Shown here: piece by piece, positions 59,216 to 64,000 of the stretch
How the letters are laid out: the number at the start of each line of letters is the position of its first letter
How positions within the stretch are numbered: the stretch's first letter is position 1
Assembly (NCBI GenBank): GCA_963771355.1
Contig: CAVYTA010000007.1
Location: 416,001-480,000, forward strand
Source of the DNA: an uncultured Candidatus Rokubacteria bacterium
Lineage (GTDB): Bacteria; Methylomirabilota; Methylomirabilia; Rokubacteriales; CSP1-6
Direction of reading: 5' to 3'
DNA: 64,000 bases
Translations under genes and position numbers: made by a program
Notes under the pieces: model-generated
Told to the model about the DNA's origin: nothing
Databases searched by the model: none
The model's input: only the letters and a program-made list of their open reading frames with translations

Positions 59216-60231
59216 GCGCGGGCTCCCGGGAGGAAGGCGGGGGCGACCTCGGTGAGGAAGCGCTTGAGCTGCCCGGCCTGATCCCAGGAGGTCAGGCGGA
59301 GGGCGATGTGACCGAGGCCCGCGTCGAGATACGCCCGGAGCTGCGTCACGCACTGAGCGGGACTGCCGGCGACGGTCCAGCCCTCGACGAAGCCGGGGGT
59401 GAACTTGCTGGTGTAGTACGTGTCGAGGAAGGCCTTGCTCTCCTCCAGCGCGGCCTGGCGGTCCTCGTTGACGTTGATGTTGTGGTAGAGCGAGCTCGAG
59501 AGGAGCCCCGGGTCCCGTCCCTCCTCGCGCGCCATGGCGGTGATGCGCGCCCACTGCTGGCGGAACTGGTCCGGGCTCACCTTGTTGGTCATCCAGCCGT
59601 CGGCATAGCGCGCCACCCGGCGGAAGCTCCGCTCCACCACGGAATCCGCCGCGCTGGCACCGCCCTTCCAGGTGAGGCCGGTGGGATTGCTGGCGATCCA
59701 GATGGGGCAGGGGCTCTGCGCGGGCGCGGGCTCGACCGTGACACCGTCGAATTGATAGAAACGGCCCGCGTGCGAGACCTTCTTGCCGCCGAAGACTTTC
59801 CGCAGGATTTCGATGCCCTCCTCGAGGCGCGCCACCCGCTCCGAGGCCTGGATCCCCATGACCCGATGCTCGAGGGCCTGCGCGGGGCTCTGCTCGTCGG
59901 GGCCTCCGAGGCAGACGGCGAGGAGCGAGCGGCCCCCCGAGATCACGTCGAGGCTCGCCCACTGCTGAGCGAACAGCAGCGGATGGCGATGGACGAAGGT
60001 GGCGAGGCACCCGACGCCGAGCCGAACCCGCGAGGTGACGGCGGCCAGCGCCGAGAGCAGGCTCACCGCCTCGAGCCGCGGCTTGGCCAGGAGGCTGTCG
60101 CCCACCCAGACCGTGTCGAAGGCGCCGGAGGCCTCCGCCCGCTCGGTGATGTCGAGGAGATCGCGGGCCTTTAGCGCCCCCAGGACGACGGCGCGATTGG
60201 CGAGGGTCAGTCCGAACGACGCCTGAGTCAT
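59212..60231 (-). CDS. LLM-class flavin-dependent oxidoreductase
   Basis: FDTVWVGDS, WASLDVISGGR, ARYADGW. Confidence 0.9.
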   Translation of the reverse strand: MTQASFGLTLANRAVVLGALKARDLLDITERAEASGAFDTVWVGDSLLAKPRLEAVSLLSALAAVTSRVRLGVGCLATFVHRHPLLFAQQWASLDVISGGRSLLAVCLGGPDEQSPAQALEHRVMGIQASERVARLEEGIEILRKVFGGKKVSHAGRFYQFDGVTVEPAPAQSPCPIWIASNPTGLTWKGGASAADSVVERSFRRVARYADGWMTNKVSPDQFRQQWARITAMAREEGRDPGLLSSSLYHNINVNEDRQAALEESKAFLDTYYTSKFTPGFVEGWTVAGSPAQCVTQLRAYLDAGLGHIALRLTSWDQAGQLKRFLTEVAPAFLPGARA

Positions 60232-60376
60232 GTTGGCCTCCGGGAATGCGGGTGGCGGGGCCGCCGCCGGCCGGGCCGGCCCCGACAGGCGACCACATCC
60301 GGTGCCCCCGCGTCAACCGCCCGGCCCCGTCGTTCGTCAGTATGAGTAGAAGCAAGTCAAGACAGGAGGAGCGACG

Positions 60377-61033
60377 ATGACGACCACGACCCCTATGACT
60401 AACCGGACGCCGATCGAATGGCTCTGGCTTGCGGCCCTCGCGCTGCCGGCCCTGGTGCTGGGATTGACCCTGGCCTGGCCCGCGGCCGCAGCGTCCCCCG
60501 ACCCCATGGTGCTGGCCCAGGCGGGAGCGCCGGCGCAGGTGGCCGACGCCCAGCCCGGGATGCGCCGGGAGATGCACGGACGGCGGGGTGACATGCGCGG
60601 TGAAGGCCAGCGATGGCAGCGGCATGGGCGACATCACCGCATGCCGTCCCTGGCCGCCATCGCCCTGCGGCACCGCGCCGAGCTGGGATTGAACCCGCAG
60701 CAGGTGGAGTCGCTCCAGAAGCTCCAGCTGGACGCTCGGCGCGCCGCCGTCCAGGGCCGCGCGAACGCGGAGCTCGCCGCGCTGGATCTGGGCGGTCTCC
60801 TGCGCAGCGAGCCAGTGGACATGGCCAAGGTGGAGGCCAAGGTGCGCGAGCTCGAAAAGCTCCGGGCCGACGGGCGCCTCGCCTTCATCCGGGCCAACGA
60901 GCAGGGCAAGGCGCAGCTCACCACGGATCAGCGGGACAAGCTCAGGGCGCTCCGTGCGGCGCGCTGGGAGCGGATGCGTCGGGGCGCCGAGGAGCCGGGC
61001 GGGCGGGCATCGGCGGAGATCGAGCGGTCGTAA
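60377..61033 (+). CDS. Spy/CpxP-family periplasmic protein
   Basis: Signal, M/H/G-rich linker, LGLNPQQ and LTTDQR (LTxxQ). Confidence 0.8.
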   Translation: MTTTTPMTNRTPIEWLWLAALALPALVLGLTLAWPAAAASPDPMVLAQAGAPAQVADAQPGMRREMHGRRGDMRGEGQRWQRHGRHHRMPSLAAIALRHRAELGLNPQQVESLQKLQLDARRAAVQGRANAELAALDLGGLLRSEPVDMAKVEAKVRELEKLRADGRLAFIRANEQGKAQLTTDQRDKLRALRAARWERMRRGAEEPGGRASAEIERS

Positions 61034-61106
61034 TACGCCTCGAGCAGCAAGGCTGATTCGTGGCCGCGGCGAGTGCCCGGTTGGGCTCGCCGCGGCCCGC
61101 GTCGCG

Positions 61107-61544
61107 TCAGGCGGGCGGGAGTCCCCACGCCCGCACGCGCGCGGGGACGATGCGGAACATCACGCGGTCCGGCGGCATGGCCCGGCCCTTCCAGAGCCGA
61201 GCCAGATCCGGATCGTAGCGCGCGTGGAACCGCTCCACGAGGGCGCGGCGCAGGGGCCCGTCGGCGAGGAACTCGGCGCGGCCCTGCACGGCGACGCCGC
61301 GAATGTTCCCACGCTCGCCGGCCTCCGTCACCACGCTGACGCGCGGATCGGCTCGCAGGTTGCGCACCTTGGCGAGCCCGTCCACGCTCAGCATGGTGAT
61401 CGCCTCCGCGTCGGCGAGGAACCACATCGGCATCGCCAGCGGCGAGCCGTCCGGGTTGAGGGTGGCGAGCACCGCCACCTCGCGCGTGGCGAGGAAGGCC
61501 TGCACGGCGGGCGCGGCGAGGCCGGCGGCGCCGCCGGCGCTCAC
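61107..61544 (-). CDS. PPOX-class/pyridoxamine-phosphate oxidase family protein
   Basis: [24 protein letters not shown]. Confidence 0.85.
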   Translation of the reverse strand: MSAGGAAGLAAPAVQAFLATREVAVLATLNPDGSPLAMPMWFLADAEAITMLSVDGLAKVRNLRADPRVSVVTEAGERGNIRGVAVQGRAEFLADGPLRRALVERFHARYDPDLARLWKGRAMPPDRVMFRIVPARVRAWGLPPA

Positions 61545-62407
61545 GTGGGCAACCCGAACAGCGAGGTCATCCGGGTGGCGCCGAGCATCTCGGCCATCTC
61601 CTCGTCCGAGGGCCGTCGCTCGAAGCGGGACGCCGCCTCGAGCACCGTGGGCAGGAGCGAGAGATCACCGACGGTGTTGAGGAAGATATCGGGCATCCCC
61701 AGGATCCAGTGCACCGCGCGCTCGATGTCCGCGCCCGCCTCCAGCGGCTGATACCAGGTGGTCTGGCGGCGCTCGGTGGTGGCCCAGGGTCCCCGCGCGA
61801 TGGACTTGATGATCTGGACGGCCACGTTGCGCTCGCGGCCCATGGTGAGCACCTCGTCGAAGGCGTGACGATAGCGCTCGTTCTGGGCCAGGAAGAAGTT
61901 GAAGGGGAGCAGCACCGCGTCGAAGTCGAAGCGCGAGAGGCTGCGGCGGTGCATGGCGGCGATGGTCCACCCATGCCCGGTGACCCCGATGAAGCGAGCC
62001 AGTCCCTGTGCCCGCGCCTCGATCAGGGCCTCGAGGGCGCCGTCCGGTCCCATGGCCTGATCCCAGTCGTCCGGGTGGGCGAGGGAGTGGAGCTGGATGA
62101 GGTCCACCCGATCCACGCGGAGCCGCTCGAGCGAGCGGTGGAGATCCTCGCGCGCCTCGCGTGCGCTCCGGCCGCCGGTCTTGGTGGCGAGGAAGAAGTC
62201 CTTCCGGTGCCGCGCCATCCACGGCCCGATGCGGAGCTCGGCGTCGCCGTAGCTCGCCGCGGTGTCGATGTGGTTCACTCCATGCCGCAGCAGCAGCTCC
62301 AGCGTCCGGTCCGCCTCCGCCTGGCTCGCCCGGGCGAGGGCGGCGGCGCCGAACAATGTTACGGTGCTGGAGTGCCCGGTCCGTCCGAAGGGTCGCCGTT
62401 CGATCAT
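61541..62407 (-). CDS. Aldo/keto reductase
   Basis: [29 protein letters not shown]. Confidence 0.92.
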   Translation of the reverse strand: MIERRPFGRTGHSSTVTLFGAAALARASQAEADRTLELLLRHGVNHIDTAASYGDAELRIGPWMARHRKDFFLATKTGGRSAREAREDLHRSLERLRVDRVDLIQLHSLAHPDDWDQAMGPDGALEALIEARAQGLARFIGVTGHGWTIAAMHRRSLSRFDFDAVLLPFNFFLAQNERYRHAFDEVLTMGRERNVAVQIIKSIARGPWATTERRQTTWYQPLEAGADIERAVHWILGMPDIFLNTVGDLSLLPTVLEAASRFERRPSDEEMAEMLGATRMTSLFGLPT

Positions 62408-62474
62408 CGCGCGTCCTCCTCGGGGCGCAGCATAGCGTAGCGCGGGTCGCAGCACGAGAGGAGGCGCGGGTCCC

Positions 62475-63680
62475 ATCGAGTCGTCGCTCCTGCGGCATCC
62501 GCCGTTCGCGCAGTTCTGGCTGTCGCGGGTCCTCTCGACCTTCGCATTCCAGATGCAGGCGGTGGCGGTGGGCTGGCAGATCTACGCCATCACCGGCAGC
62601 GCGCTCGACCTCGGCCTCGTCGGGCTCGTCCAGTTCCTCCCCATGATCCTGCTGACCCTCGTGGTGGGGCGGTTCGCCGACCGCTACGACCGGCGGGCCA
62701 TCGTGAGCTGCTGTCAGGTCCTGCAGGCGGGGGCGGCCACTCTGCTGGCGCTGGGCAGCGCGGGCGGCTGGCTGGGACGCGAGAGCATGCTCGCCATCGT
62801 GGCGGTGGTGGGCGCGGCGCGCGCGTTCGAGGGGCCCACCATGGCCGCGCTCATGCCGGGGCTGGTGCCGCGGCTGGCCATCCCGCGGGCGGCGGCGTGG
62901 GCGATCTCGGCCACCCAGACCGCGCAGATCGTGGGCCCCTCGCTCGGCGGCCTCCTCTACCTGGCCGGGCCCGGCGCGGTGTACGGCGCCGCCGCCGCGC
63001 TCTTCGTGCTGGCGGGCGTCTGCACCGCGACCATTCGCATAGCGGGCGCCCTGCGCGACCGGGCCGCGGTGACGTTGCCGCCGCTGTTCTCGGGCATCAC
63101 CTTCATCGCGGGGACGCCCATCCTCCTGGGCACGCTCTCCCTCGACCTCTTCGCGGTGCTGCTGGGCGGCGCCACCGCGCTCCTGCCCATCTATGCCGCC
63201 GACATCCTGGCCACCGGCCCCTGGGGACTCGGGCTCCTGCGCTCGGCCCCCGCGGTGGGCGCGCTGGTCATGTCGTTCGTCCTCGTCCGACATCCCATCG
63301 AGCGACGGGTCGGCCCGCGGCTCTTCGGCGCCGTGCTCGCCTTCGGCGCCGCCACGGTGGTGTTCGGGCTCTCCACCAGCCTGCCGCTGTCGTTCGCCGC
63401 GCTGGCCGTGCTGGGCGGCGCCGACGTGGTCAGCATGGTGATCCGCTCCTCGCTGGTGCAGCTCCGGACGCCGGACGCGATGCGCGGCCGGGTGAGCGCG
63501 GTGAGCTCGCTCTTCACCGGCACCTCCAACCAGCTCGGCGAGTTCCGCGCCGGGCTCACCGCCGCCTATCTCGGCGCGGTGCCCGCGGTGCTGATCGGCG
63601 GGCTCGGCAGCATCCTGGTGGCGGGCCTCTGGATGTATCTCTTCCCCGCGCTCCGCGGCATCCGCACGCTGGACGGCTGA
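62475..63680 (+). CDS. MFS transporter (EntS/MFS_3-like), probable non-canonical start
   Basis: [25 protein letters not shown]; first TM encoded upstream of the first ATG (62553). Confidence 0.85.
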   Translation: MESSLLRHPPFAQFWLSRVLSTFAFQMQAVAVGWQIYAITGSALDLGLVGLVQFLPMILLTLVVGRFADRYDRRAIVSCCQVLQAGAATLLALGSAGGWLGRESMLAIVAVVGAARAFEGPTMAALMPGLVPRLAIPRAAAWAISATQTAQIVGPSLGGLLYLAGPGAVYGAAAALFVLAGVCTATIRIAGALRDRAAVTLPPLFSGITFIAGTPILLGTLSLDLFAVLLGGATALLPIYAADILATGPWGLGLLRSAPAVGALVMSFVLVRHPIERRVGPRLFGAVLAFGAATVVFGLSTSLPLSFAALAVLGGADVVSMVIRSSLVQLRTPDAMRGRVSAVSSLFTGTSNQLGEFRAGLTAAYLGAVPAVLIGGLGSILVAGLWMYLFPALRGIRTLDG

Positions 63681-63781
63681 GCGGGCAGCTTGTGCAGCAC
63701 CCCGCGCTGCGCTACGTTCAAGGCCCGACCAGGCTTGGGAGCCCATTCACCGCTGACATGCATCCCTGAAAGGAGCCAACC

Positions 63782-64000
63782 GTGATCCAGGAGATCCGCA
63801 CCTATCGCATCGCGCCGGGCAGTCTCGCCGAGGTGGAGAAGCGCTTCGGCGAAGCCTACGAGAAGCGCAAGAAGTACTCGGAGCTCACCGCGTTCTGGCA
63901 CACCGAGATCGGCCCCCTCAACGAGATCATCCACGTGTGGGGCTATCGCGACCTTGCCGAGCGCGCGCGCATCCGGGCGGAGGCGGTGAAGGACGGCGTG
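63782..64000 (+). CDS. NIPSNAP family protein (3'-partial)
   Basis: RBS AGGAG, GTG; IQEIRTY, WHTEIGPLNEIIHVWGY.DLAER. Confidence 0.88.
   Translation, partial: MIQEIRTYRIAPGSLAEVEKRFGEAYEKRKKYSELTAFWHTEIGPLNEIIHVWGYRDLAERARIRAEAVKDGV

Overview
A 64-kb, very GC-rich bacterial chromosome segment. The gene repertoire (many orphan solute-binding proteins, LLM/PPOX flavin-F420 enzymes, PhyH, a zinc-ribbon cyclase-STAND-TPR protein, OmpA and lipoproteins) resembles Ca. Rokubacteria/Methylomirabilota, but that is inference. It holds about 65 CDS, mostly transport (sugar ABC, HAAT/Liv ABC, two family-5 SBPs, TctCBA, three MFS) and catabolism (Rieske oxygenase, HpaB-like hydroxylase, dienelactone hydrolase, IlvD/AraD dehydratase, amidase, alkylsulfatase, CoA ligase), plus one tRNA-Asp(GTC). 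No CRISPR array, rRNA, integrase or transposase was seen. Best leads: (1) a sigma54 activator / histidine kinase / Pro-rich lipoprotein trio followed by two sigma54 promoters with near-identical architecture (TGTA-N5-TACA palindrome, IHF-like site, -24/-12 box), the first driving an OmpA lipoprotein, so a candidate envelope-sensing regulon readable directly from the DNA; (2) two long intergenic hairpins with largely different stems but an identical 21-nt loop; (3) a 6.8-kb integrase-less island between tRNA-Asp and a degenerate copy of its 3' half; (4) an MFS gene lacking a canonical start codon. Frameshifts cluster at 0-1.7 kb and 26.5-32 kb and may be sequencing errors. Functional calls come from motif recognition only, with no database searches.
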